A stretch of 64,000 nucleotides of DNA from Cirrosporium novae-zelandiae. Taxonomy: Eukaryota. Location of the stretch: positions 558,001-622,000 of the forward strand of contig JAPETS010000018.1 of NCBI GenBank assembly GCA_026023565.1, given 5' to 3'. The notes under the pieces are model-generated. The model saw nothing but the letters and a program-made list of their open reading frames with translations, ran no database searches and had not been told where the DNA came from. This document shows, one piece after another, positions 22,286 through 34,299 of this stretch. The translations under genes and the position numbers were made by a program. Numbering within the stretch: position 1 is the stretch's first letter; each line of letters starts with the position of its first letter.

Positions 22286-23329
22286 ATGAAGTTTAATCTG
22301 GGATATTGTCTGTCTTTTCTCCCGGTGGTGCTTGGAATAGCCAATGCCGATTGTAAAAAGCCACCCTGCAGGATGAATATGAATAGGCAGATACTAACTG
22401 AAATAGCCGTACCCTGGGAAAGATTGAACAAAAACGATTCGGTAGGCATTTCCTTTTCTGTGCACACACATCTGAAGACTGAACGATTTCCAGCTCCTCC
22501 TTATTCTTGACCTCCAAGTTGGTCTCTACCAGCTATCTCGAGACTTCGACCAAAGCCTCTTCCGGAATAACATAATTGCCCATGCAGCCATTGGACACTT
22601 GTTTAATCTTCCTACCATTATGACCACCTCTGCCCAGCAAGGTTTGCGAGAATTTGCGATTATCAATTAGTAATAATGACATAAGCTGAATCTGGTCCCA
22701 GGGCCCAACGGACCACTCCCGAAGCAAATTCTTGACATGTACCCAAATGCCACCCTCATCAAGCGTCAAGGTGAAGTCGATGCCTGGGATAACGCGGATT
22801 TCCGTGCAGCCGTTAGAGCGACGGGGAAGAAGCAGATTATCATGGCTGGTATTACAACGGATGTTTGTGAGTAATTATCTGACTACCCTATTTCATTGAA
22901 GGGCTGTAGCATAGGCCAAAAAACGCCTTTAGAAAGCCAATTTTTATTAGACTGACCTAAAAGAAGGCACCGCATTCCTCGCGCTATCTCTTCGTGCAGA
23001 AGGGTACAGCGTCTGGGCAAATATTGAAGCATCCGGCACTACCACTCCGTTAATCCGCGATGCGTCGAACTTGCGTATGCAGGCTGCAGGTGTGCAGTTG
23101 GTGTCATTGTTTAGTATTGTTTGTGACCTCATGCGCGATTGGAGGAACACGCCTGGATCAGCTGAGGTGCTTCCTTGGCTAAATCAGTATTGTGAGTAAT
23201 ATCTTTGAGCTCCTGGTTCAAGTCGGTGCTGACTATCTTCTAGATCCAGTATACGGATACTTGGCGGCAAATCATTTGGCGGCTATCGAAAACGGGTCGA
23301 TTATACCAGGAGAGATAGGACTGATTTAA
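22286..23329 (+). CDS. Isochorismatase-like cysteine hydrolase, YcaC type, with signal peptide
   Basis: Six exons: 22286-22352, 22407-22441, 22494-22641, 22702-22866, 22967-23191, 23244-23329. Motifs LILDLQVGL, GPNGPLP, IKRQGEVDAWDN, AGITTDVCTAFLALS, LMRDWRNTPG. N-terminus MKFNLGYCLSFLPVVLGIANA is hydrophobic. Confidence 0.9.
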
Positions 23330-24639
23330 GGCTGGGCTTGCTGGCCTATCAAATGGTCGGTTCTGATCAAATAGGAATGAAATGGCAAAGCATTCGCGAA
23401 ACATCAAGCGCAAAATCCTGAAAAAGTACTTTGAGTAAGCAGTTTTCAATGCAATTTACTTTCGCCATGAAAGCATTCCCTGGTTAGAAAAAAGCCTGTC
23501 GTTACTGTGAAAGAGTCAGTGTTGTGGATGGACCAGACAAACCCCATCGGTCTAATCTGTCTATTGAAGTCAGAACCTCGGTCTGGTCCATAGACTGACT
23601 ACCCCTTTTGGTCTGGCCGGTCATATGATTAAACAGAGATCTGATTGGTCAGCTAATAGTCATATAAATCAAAGTCGTAACGAAAATATTAGCAGTAACT
23701 TTTACTAGGCCTCCGAGCCCCGGCCAACAGCATTCCCGCTAGGCATGCGATATTCTGTAGCTCATTATCCCTAATTCCCAAGCTCTTTCCAAATTATTAA
23801 GGGAAAATGGGCATTTGTATGAACTTGGTATGTACATGTACAGTACTTGAGTGAGTGTAATAAAAAGGATGTAGAATTCTAGTCATAGAAGTCAGTATAG
23901 CTCATAGATATTACCCCGTGAGGGGGGTCTGTGCTTGCAGGCAAACAATACAAACTAGTCCAGAAACCACAACTTCAACCGTACACGGTTTCATAATATA
24001 TCTAAATCGTAGTATAAATAAAAAATCAAAATTAAATTTGGAGTCTTATCTATCTACCTAGGTATCCTAGGTTAGAAAGATCGATATTAGAAATACCTTC
24101 GGCAGAATACGTACGAAGGGCGAGGATCAGTCAGTGCTTAATAAAAGACCTCGCTCGACAGGGCCACGAGAGATGGAGCTAAAGAAGTGATTCCTGTATT
24201 GTACAACTAGATCTGATTATAGCATCTGAGCATTAATATAGAGTATAGAGTAGACCAAACCCCACCACCCTCCCATAATCCCCAAACCCCCCCGACCGAG
24301 TATCTTCGATATTCGAGCCTACTGTAAAGAGCCTCACCCTCCCTCCCTCCTCATGAGCCACGACCCTCACTGTTTGAGTAATCAACTAACTGCCCCCTAG
24401 TCTAGACTCTCAAGAATGATTTGAATAATATTGAAGTTACACGCACTGCACCATGTTCAATATAAGTATGCAAGACTAGGCTACTCAGTAAATTCAGTTA
24501 ACTTTTGATAAAACTCAACACACCCTCTCCCCAGTCCGTTTAACTCTCTTCAAAAACAGCAAAGGGAGTAGACTAGACTAGACTGAATGGACGGTCTATA
24601 GACCGACTAGACCGAACCCCTTGGTCTAGTCGGTCTGGT

Positions 24640-25653
24640 CTATTCCCTTCCCTGCCCAAAAACAAACTCCGCCCCGAGCCCATAATGATCTGTAACAAAC
24701 CGCACCGTGCCATAACTATACATGGCCTTCCAATACTTCTCCTCGACCATAACCCCCATCCCAATCCTCTCCAATCCCAAAATCCTAACCCCATCCCCAC
24801 ACCAGACAATCTTATCGAGTCTCTGACGCCCGAACCGCTCCTGCTCATCCTGGCGTGACTGGTAACCCCACGTGAACCCTTTTTCCTCATCCTCCTTTCC
24901 CCCAAGCTCCAGAAACGCATCATGCAACCCGTAATCCAGATGCAAAGTCTTGTCGAACGGCTCGATAGCATTGAAATCCCCTGCCATGATTCCGCCGCGT
25001 ACGTCGGGGTCGTGCAGATATTGTGATGCTGTGTTTACCTGCTGTGGCCGTAGGGGAGGATTCCGAACTAGACTTTCCAAATGAACGTTACAAAACCGGA
25101 TCGGCTTCTCCCTCTGTCCTGCTGCTTCTTCCCCATCACCCCCAAAATAAACATCGACAAAAAGCCCATCCCTCTCCATATTCGATACCCACGGCACGCG
25201 AAAAACTCTTAGAATTCTTAGTTGCAAATCAACCAGCGTCACGGTTCCATAATACGGACTGCACCAGTTTTGGACGTCTATATCGGTGATCTGGAAGCGC
25301 GAGCGTATCCATTCGGTGGCGCGGATTTGTTCCAGATCCGAGGGGGTCATTTCTTGGAGGAATATGATTGTTGGGGTGGGGGTTGTGAGGAGTTGGCAGA
25401 GATGGTTGAGGGCGGCGGACATTCGGATGCGAGGGCCTGGGGCTTGCGCGTCGATGTTCCAAGTAAGGAGTTTGATTTTTTGAGGGGAGGACGCTTCTAG
25501 GGATTGGGATGAAGGTGAAGATGAGGCTACCCATTCTCCGTCATGGAATCGGTAATACGATTGCAGGTCTGGCTCCTTGGAACCAGGGACTTGGCGTACC
25601 ATTTTCTGGCTTTCGTTTACGTTTGCTTTGGTGGTGGAAGAGGAAGAGGCCAT
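24640..25653 (-). CDS. Endonuclease/exonuclease/phosphatase (TDP2-like) protein
   Basis: EEP motifs LLTWNID, IFLQE, NVHLES, MAGDFN, RLDKI and TDHYGL. Intronless. Confidence 0.9.
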   Translation of the reverse strand: MASSSSTTKANVNESQKMVRQVPGSKEPDLQSYYRFHDGEWVASSSPSSQSLEASSPQKIKLLTWNIDAQAPGPRIRMSAALNHLCQLLTTPTPTIIFLQEMTPSDLEQIRATEWIRSRFQITDIDVQNWCSPYYGTVTLVDLQLRILRVFRVPWVSNMERDGLFVDVYFGGDGEEAAGQREKPIRFCNVHLESLVRNPPLRPQQVNTASQYLHDPDVRGGIMAGDFNAIEPFDKTLHLDYGLHDAFLELGGKEDEEKGFTWGYQSRQDEQERFGRQRLDKIVWCGDGVRILGLERIGMGVMVEEKYWKAMYSYGTVRFVTDHYGLGAEFVFGQGRE

Positions 25654-26536
25654 CGCGGCAATATCAATTCAAGATTAGGTATTTTTGTTCTTGTGATATG
25701 GTATAATGACTTATGACGAGGATGAACGGAGTGGACAAAGTAGTTATTGAGGTTTTTCTTGGATATAAAGATAGTTGATTGACTTCACTGCACGGAAAAT
25801 AGCATAAAGGAGGTAGTACTAGAACATATATTAAAATGATAGATATGAAAATAAAGAGGTTATGTTGAGTAAATTCTTGATGAAAAAAAGTGTTTAGGAT
25901 TGAAATATGTTGATTCTCTGTTGGGGGGAGACAGGCAGACAAGCAGACACGAGAAATAACCTGATATTTGTCTGCCTGGTTGCTAGGTGGATTATGATAG
26001 GTACAGCATAGTCAACTCGGTTTTTGATACCTACCTAGAAAATGAATCGCTTATTGAGTATGGTAATATAAAGGTGCCCAGTAAGGTGTTTAATAGAAAA
26101 TTTAGCAAGGTACTTGTCATTTGGCGACCGGTGAAACAGATGCGGCAGATTTTTGATACCGTAACCTGGTTACATTACGTTGTACGGAATAACTACCTAG
26201 GTGTTCAATGAAATGTATTTTATTCTAAATTTATAGTCATCTAACTGTATTATATACCACCCTCTACCAATAAAATTAATATTTCAGCAACTAATATTCC
26301 CTACATAAATATTTTGCGTTAGTTATATCAGAGATCATAAAAGCATGTCAGACTAGCTATAACTAACAATTTTCATCACTGTTATAATCTCACAATCAAT
26401 CAATAACGTCACCATTTATTGAGCTACGAGGTCTAGAATAAGAGGGCAAGTTAACTAACGAAAACAACATGTATGAATTGTATCGAGTTAAGAACTTCTA
26501 CTCTATAGTAACATAGTATAACTAAATACCATCCAT

Positions 26537-28195
26537 CTAAGCCAATTCCTGGTGCTGAGGTGCTTCGTATGGGCTATTGTCCTTCTCAGCCAGGGCACCA
26601 TGCCCACCACGTACCTTCCTCTCATGCTCTAGAGTCTGCGCAAACCTAGATCTTTCTCGGATCTGAGGTCCATAGTAATAGAAGACGTAGAGGGGAGAGA
26701 TGACGACCATTGCAATGAATCCAAGAAGCGTTGATGCCCATTCTAGACTTAGCTTTCCACCGACATTCTGATACAGCGGAATAGCATACATGGCGGAGAT
26801 ACCGGCGAGAAAGTCTCTTGCTAAAGCATTTCCTCCTGTTGCGGACGCCGAGTACGGTCCGTAAGCAGCAACCATGTAGTCGATTGTTCCCTGGTAGATG
26901 GCGTAGTTGGCGATGGCGATACATCCAGAAAAAATCATCGGCACGATCCAGGGGATATTGTGGGATGGGCCCAAGCTGGTCCATGCAAAGCCAAACAACC
27001 CAATAACTTCGAGAGGCGCCAGGAACAATAGCCAGGTCAACTTGATTTCTGGAGGGGCATCCGAGTTGACTCTTCGGATACGTTGTTCTCTCCGAATCCA
27101 AGGGATGTACGACAGGTAGCTGATGATGTAAGAGATTAAAATTGGGATGAAGGAAAGCCCGATCGCAATTTTGCTGAAGCCCCATTGCTTCCACACGATT
27201 CCGAAACATTCAAAGAATGTAAATATAAGTGCATCGCTGAACCCACTAAGCAGGGAGAGACAGAATACGATCGGCTCACGAACAAACATCACGAATGGAC
27301 GAGCCCAAACCCGTAGGATCTCTCTCATGTCAAACCGCTTACCCTTGAGCTCGTTGGGACCCCAAACATTCTCTTCAATACCAACCTTTCGCCTTTTTTG
27401 GGCAATCCTGTCGAGCATGCAGGTGGCTCTTGTTTCAGGCACAAAAAAATGAACCGCCTGAACAGCTGCACCAAAGACGAGCGATAGCCAAAAAACCCAA
27501 CGCCAGTGAAGATAGGTCTCTGCAAAACCACCCACGATAGGCCCTACTACCGATCCACCGACAGAGGAGAAGACAATAAAAGCAACAGCATATTGGCCAT
27601 CATCTACCTCCCACATGTCAGCAATCATCCCTAGGGTAACCGAACCACCAGCAGAAGAAATGCCACCAAGAAAACGGCCAATAACAATAGTAGCGAAATT
27701 CGGTGCCAGTGCGCAGGGAATTTGCCATATGTTGACTAGGAATAGGCTGGCTTGCATAACTGGCCATCGACCAATCTCCTCGCTCCAAGGTGCCCAGAGT
27801 TCACTACCAAAGCCATATGCTACGAGGAAGATCATTTGTCCGATTCTAGCAGTTTGGAGGCTTAGATCAAACTCTTCCGCCATGCCCACAAGACCATTTG
27901 CATATATACTTGTGTTAAAGTTCATTGATACTTGCACAAGAAATATGACACAGAGGATGAGCCACTTTTTCCAGGTTGGGAAGGAAAATCCAAGCTTCTC
28001 GTAGTAGTCCTCCTCTTTTATTTCGACTTTACCGTCAGCCCTCTGGGTCTGGGGCGGCTCGCTCTCTTCGTTGTTGGCTGCACCATGATGCGGGGTGAGT
28101 GGTGATGAGGAGGTGGTGCTAGGAAACTTGGTCCCAGGCTGGAATTCATTACTCCCCGAGGGCCCATCGGAGCTAGTCGTTGCTACTATTGACAT
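26537..28195 (-). CDS. MFS drug:H+ antiporter (DHA1 family)
   Basis: About 12 hydrophobic segments. Motifs WAPWSEEIGRWPV, GRFLGGISSAGGSVTLG, PETR, YGPYSASATGGNALARD. Confidence 0.92.
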   Translation of the reverse strand: MSIVATTSSDGPSGSNEFQPGTKFPSTTSSSPLTPHHGAANNEESEPPQTQRADGKVEIKEEDYYEKLGFSFPTWKKWLILCVIFLVQVSMNFNTSIYANGLVGMAEEFDLSLQTARIGQMIFLVAYGFGSELWAPWSEEIGRWPVMQASLFLVNIWQIPCALAPNFATIVIGRFLGGISSAGGSVTLGMIADMWEVDDGQYAVAFIVFSSVGGSVVGPIVGGFAETYLHWRWVFWLSLVFGAAVQAVHFFVPETRATCMLDRIAQKRRKVGIEENVWGPNELKGKRFDMREILRVWARPFVMFVREPIVFCLSLLSGFSDALIFTFFECFGIVWKQWGFSKIAIGLSFIPILISYIISYLSYIPWIRREQRIRRVNSDAPPEIKLTWLLFLAPLEVIGLFGFAWTSLGPSHNIPWIVPMIFSGCIAIANYAIYQGTIDYMVAAYGPYSASATGGNALARDFLAGISAMYAIPLYQNVGGKLSLEWASTLLGFIAMVVISPLYVFYYYGPQIRERSRFAQTLEHERKVRGGHGALAEKDNSPYEAPQHQELA

Positions 28196-30810
28196 TATGC
28201 TGATGTTTTAAAGGCTTGTTGGTAACTATGGTAAATGTCTGGTTAATATGGAGTCGAGCCATGTGCAGAGGGAGAAATCATACCAAAGATATAAGTATAG
28301 GTGGATTATTAGAGGAGCAGCTTTGCTTAAAGTAATAGGGAAAGATGTGAAAATTCTGAAGAACATAAACGGAAAGAACAGGGGGGACCTCTAGTTAAAT
28401 ACTTTCGTTGGATTCAAGGTACGCACAAACCTCACGGAAATGGACACACAACCCGCTCATTCGAGGGTAGAAAATACACCTCAGGGCATTCATCACAAAT
28501 CCCCACGAGAATAACCGACGGTCAGATACAGGATACAGGTTTGCAGTCTTAGAATTCCTAAGTTCGTGGAAAATCTAAGACATTTTACCAAGTATCTTTG
28601 GAGTTTCGCCACCTGTATATGCATGGTGGTGACAGGTGTCCTTGGTGATTCGCTCTCAGACTTCTCCAAGCCTACTTTATCCTTGAATTTGGTTTATTCA
28701 AACCGTGAGTCCGTGCTAATAATTTCCCCGCATCCAAGGCAAGAAGTCCAATAAGCTTGCAAAGTTTCTAAAGGACATATTTAAGGTGTTGGGTTATACC
28801 ATCAAATGTTTTGTTGTTTATAATTTGGAAAACCTTGTAGGAAAAGTATCTCTGGGCGTAATGGTGTAACAAACGATATGATTTCATAAATGTAAAGAAT
28901 GGCTCTAAGGGACCAAACAGATGAGACTGGTTCGGTCTGGCTGAGTCTTTGAAACACGGTTATCAGTGCCCTCAAGTTTCTCAAGTCGGCGATGTAACTA
29001 AAACGATCAACCGGGACATCTGGATTATCAGGGGGAATGGTGTCCTTTCGTTAAACTGTACCTGGGTATTTATGACCGGGGCCGAAATTCAATCCGACAA
29101 TTTGAAGCCCCGATGAGTATAGACATCATGTGTTCCAGGAGAGGATTTCAGTCAAATAGGCACGGCTTCTGGCTTCTTTCCCCGCCCGGCCCATCGGTCT
29201 ATTTCTCAATTTGCTGTCAGAACCTTTATATTCATGCATGGGATCTGCGAATGGAAACGACACGACTATCAACAGCAAATCAATAACTCGGGTAGATATA
29301 AACATGCAATAAAAGCTAGAGGGCTCGATATATTGACCTAGGAATTGATTAGAAACATGAGCAACTGTGTTAGTAACTGTTGTTTTGGAGAGCTTTTGGG
29401 TAGCCCCTTCTATCCAAGTTAACCCCTAAGTTGTAGAGTTTTGCCTGCCAGCTTGAACCCCAGAGCGCATACCATTGTTGCCCTCCTTCACGGTCGCCTA
29501 TACATTAACATTTTTCGGACCGAGGAGATGCACTCTGGTAGTTGTAACTCCGCACATGGGAATAATCACAGAGTTTTCCGGCTAAAAGGATCTCCGCCAT
29601 ACAGTCAAGATTTTAACCCAGGCCCAGTGAAAATGTCAGAATTTGTCAACATAAATAGCTTGGGTGCTCCTGACTACTGGATTTCGCTGGGTATAATGAG
29701 AGGGTTTCGTGGTTGTCACAATATCAAGGATTGAAGCTCACAGACGACAGCCAATGATTCATATCGAGTGCTATTTACTAGGAGATATAAAATTACTGAA
29801 GATCTCGTCAGCTACCAAACAAAATAGCACTTCTTGATTCACTTTTCTTGCTATTCTTACCGTTACTGTACGTTGAGGGGCTTTCTTGTCAGCGGCGCAA
29901 TAATATGTTTGTTGACTTGATCTCGGTCGGACCGGCTCTAATACGCCAACAACAACTTAACAAGAGATCTGAGCCGACTACTTCATCAGGATACAGTAAC
30001 AATGCACTTATTAGCAATTATCCCTCGGTTAATTGGAGTTACTGGAGCACTCAGGTTGATAACAACTTCTATCAACTGATATTGGCATCTGAGACGTGCA
30101 CAAGAATAACCGTGCATTATCTTTTCTAGGGTAATGTCCCTGTTAGGTCTGGGGTAGTGTTAGAGAGTTATTTTTAAACAACCAGTGCAACCATTGTTAT
30201 GGATTTGGGGGTTTATGAGTTGCAGAAAAAGGGGTATCTATAGAAAAATATCCCAGGATGAGGCGAAAACTGCGAGACTAAAAGACTGACGAGAAGCTGA
30301 CCAGAAAAGCTAGAAAAGGTAGATAAAGTTACCTGGGTGGTTAGGCATCCACTTTGTACCAAAGAACGCGAGACCCAGACCGGAGCGGAATTCAAAGTTC
30401 CAGTAGCCGATAATGACGTGGGCCCATCCTTCTTCCATCCAGGCCCATCCACGCCTAACGAACTGTTCAGCTTCACAGTTTCGCATCGCATTACTGGACT
30501 ACCTCCCTCATATCCACCTATCCAACTTAGCCGCCTATCCCATTCACTTCCTCACTTCCTCACTTTCATACTTGATACATCCCAAACTCATTCGCTGAAT
30601 GTCACCGTCCCTTCTGCAAATATTCCAACTTACTTGCACACTTCCACACTTCCACACTTCCACACTTCCACACAACCATCCTCTTTCATTAACGACACCT
30701 TCCCACTTTTCTCTTCAAAGTCAAGATAGACCGTCAATTCCCCCATTCTCAAACACAGCTATTTAACCAATGTCGATTATATAGGGTATTGAACACTTCC
30801 TTCATCAGAT

Positions 30811-32107
30811 ATGCCTGCCGATTATAGCTCTGCTGCGCAATCTCTAGCGCTACCAGTCCCAGTGTCTCCCTCGTTCTCCCGCTCATCCTTACAGCCTCCA
30901 TGGTCGCGTAGGTCTAGTTCGACGGCGCGACGAAGTATAAAAAGCAATGCGAGCTTTCGAGATCAGACAGTGCACAGTATCAATAAACTCCGACGGAGAA
31001 TATCAAAGACTATACGGAAATTGACTCCATTTCAAAGAGTACTGGCTGGATTTGCTGCCGTTGTCGCTGTAGTTCTAGGGATTCTCTTCCTATTGTTCAA
31101 TGAGAAGATATTTGGATGGCTGGAACCCTTTGCTGCAAAATGGAAAGGTCTGAGAGGAGGCTGGCTTATTTTATGGGCTTTTACATTCATTGTGTCGTTT
31201 CCTCCACTTGTTGGGTATTCAACATGTGTGACTACCGCAGGATTTGTCTATGGACTAGCTGAAGGGTATGTAAATGTTGGTGCTCCATAGTGAGAAAGCT
31301 CATTGACCCGCCTAGATGGGCCATAGTGGCTTCCGCAACCATCATAGGGTCTACCTGTTCTTTCTTGGTTTCGAGGACCATCTTGTCAAAATACGCCCAT
31401 CGACTTGCTGCCCATGATAAGCGATTTGCAGCTCTTGCATTGACCCTGAAACATGATGGAATAAAGCTTCTTTGCATGATCAGGTTATGTCCATTACCGT
31501 ACTCATTTTCTAACGGGGCCCTTTCCACGATCCATACTGTCAAGCCGTTGACGTTTATGCTTGCGACTGCAGGCGTAACACCAAAGCTTCTAATTCCCGT
31601 CTTCATTGGTAGTCGTTTAGCTGAAATAGCTCGTACTGGAGAGAAGATGGATGCAAAAACTAAGGCTATTAACTATTGTAGTATCATTTTCGGAGTTACA
31701 CTTGGCATAGTAACTGGCTGGCTGATATATGGAAGGTATGACTTTTCCTTCCTAAATTGACTCTTCACGTAGGACTGATCATATTCAATTGCACTAGAAC
31801 TGTCGCTCGAGCCCGTGAGCTCGAAGCTGAGGAAACAGCGGACCTCCGTCGTGCAACCGCCGATGGCCAAAGTGTGAGTGAATTTACCGACGACCCAGAA
31901 GCCCAAACGGCAGCAGCAACGTTGCTCGAAGCGGACGATGATGATGTTCTCGATTTCTTTGATGAAAGTCCCGCTTCAACTTCTTACGATGATGATCCCT
32001 ACACAGACGACGAAAACGTATTCAAGCACGGAGACGGTGATGAAGAGGATGTGATCGGTCTAGAAACGAGACCCCCGACTAGGAAAGGAGCATCGCCAAA
32101 GGCATGA
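30811..32107 (+). CDS. TVP38: Golgi DedA/VTT-domain membrane protein Tvp38
   Basis: Exons 30811-31265, 31316-31735, 31798-32107. Motifs [29 protein letters not shown], and an acidic tail. Confidence 0.92.
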
Positions 32108-32764
32108 GAATCTCTTTGATCTGAAGCATAGACTGGGATGGTCTGGACTAGGCTAGGCTAGGGCTATACGGTTTCATGGAGCTATAGAGATATCGGTCGG
32201 TGTTTGCTTTCGGTCTTGGTCTCGGTCTCGTTTTGGAGTTACTAACTACGATTGCTCATGATTTGTTTTTCGAGGTAAAAATGATCAAGATACACACGAA
32301 TTGGAAAGAAAGGAAAGGCGGAATCGGGCAGGAAAGAATGTACATGCTAGAATTCAAAATATCAGACAGACAGTAGTTTACAGTCACCAAACCTCCACTT
32401 TGAGATATAAATATCGGGTAGCTTATGTATTACGACTATTGGGATAAGGACTAGAAGACTCGAGTTTAGGGGTATAACTAGTGTAGAAATGTTTTAATGT
32501 GTATAGTGCATACATGACTTATTACAAAAGGGGCGTTCGAAGCTCATCTGCCGCATAACAAATATGCTACAAGTTTTGCAACAAGTAGCCGCCTTGGTGT
32601 TACAATGATAAAAAAACGCTCCTATTCCCGCCAAGCTGCATATCGTAAGCATAACTTCTCTGCAATTCAATTGCCACCAGCCAGATTATATTGATGAAAT
32701 TGGGAAGTATTATTACTATCCAGACTCGAAGGTATGGCTTCTGCCTCTTTTCCTAGACTAATTA

Positions 32765-33627
32765 GTTTCAAATGGCATTCCGACATGGAGGAAGGGTTTT
32801 TTCAGAGTCTCGTTGCGAGCGCTACGTTACTGCGACACTAGATGTGTGGGAGGAATACCTTCTGGTGAGCTTGAACATATATGACTGTTGTCGTGTCGAG
32901 ATTGAGGCTGATATGTTGAGTCAAGAGACACCCTGAAGCTCACTCTTTCCGTTTTCGTCCGATATTACATGAAAGTTATCTCGAGACGCTATTCGGCGAA
33001 TTGGATAAGAACAGTGTGCCGGACACAGCCACTGGATTCCATGCCATGCTTCCTGAGCATATCATTTCTGGATCCGCGGATAAGCGCGTAGGTCTAGATG
33101 AAAATAAAAAGAATGCTCGTTCAGGTCTGACGCCAGGACCGAAGCAATTCGATACAGACATCAAGTCGAAAGATCCAGACATCCTCGTCCAGGCTTCTTC
33201 TGATTCCGAGACCCGTCCAAGAATAGGAAGAGGAAGCCCGAGCAGAAGCCCAAGCAGAAGTCCCACCCCCCGATCTCCCGCTCAATCATCCACCTCCAAC
33301 CTCCCCACCCGCACATTACCTTTAAGTCTCATTAAAAAATGAGAAAGAATAATCCAGGACTCATGGGTATCCGGAAGCGCGTTGCTAGCGGAGGCCATCA
33401 ACAATTTCGCTGCCAATCTTAATCCTAAATCCGCATTCGACGATGCCCTGCCAATATTAATGTCAGAATTCAAAGATGAGGAATTGGATTTTTTGTTTGA
33501 CGCGGCGGATATTATCAGCAGCGATGACCGGAAGGCTAAGGTATTTAATATGTTGCCTAATAAGAAAATAAGAAGGAACTGGGAGGTGTGGGAGAAGGAG
33601 AAGGAGAAGGAGAAGAAAAATTTATGA
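32765..33627 (+). pseudogene. Degenerate Myb/SANT-like gene of the PIF/Harbinger ORF1 type
   Basis: Fragments FKWHSDMEEGFFQSL, VWEEYLL|RHPEAHSFRFRPILHESYLETLFG...ATGFHA and C-terminal DDRKAKVFNMLP...RRNW. In-frame TGA at 33340-33342. Most of the Myb core appears missing. Confidence 0.6.
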
Positions 33628-34299
33628 TGAACAATTTGGTCGACTGTAAAATATCTAAGGTATGCATGTAATAAAATAAAAGTTTCAGGCTGTACAAAAG
33701 AATGTTTTATGTGTGGGTATGAGTGTCTATGTGGCTAACGTAGTTAGATATTCGCAGCAACCTAATCTACATAGATTCTAGCTAATCCTCACCGCCCTAC
33801 GCTCATCTATTCTCATCTATTCTGATGATGTTGCCTAGATGTCCAAGATAGGTTACCTGGGAATCCTATCAAAGGACCCTACCGTATACGGATATGTAAC
33901 AATAATGCATGGTCCATGTGGCATATAAGTTTCGATATTTTATGGCGAGTGCCTTGGATATATATCTGCATGGGGGCGTTAGTGATATGGCTAGTCACGT
34001 GCCGCCATAGCTTAGGTCAGTGAAGAAAGAGCTAATTAAGCGAGGACGCAGGACGGGCACTCGCATGGCCCGGATAACTACTTAGGTACTTTATCCGAAG
34101 ATTTCCGCCAGCATTATTTACATCATTTTCGAACCAACAATAAGCTTCATGATTCTTCGGATAAAATGACAGTTGTGGAATCAAAAGTCTCATGACTCCT
34201 AAGTCTGCTGAGAAATTACTAATCTGAACCACAGTATTCGAAATTGAAGGTCGTACGCCCCGAAGTCTTCCTTGAACAATGCCAGACGGAACATGGAGG

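Noticed and set aside
24607..24642. Hairpin-stimulated readthrough of the EEP gene TAG
   Set aside because: The extension would be only TRPTRPRGSV, with no targeting signal, and the TAG-A context is not leaky.
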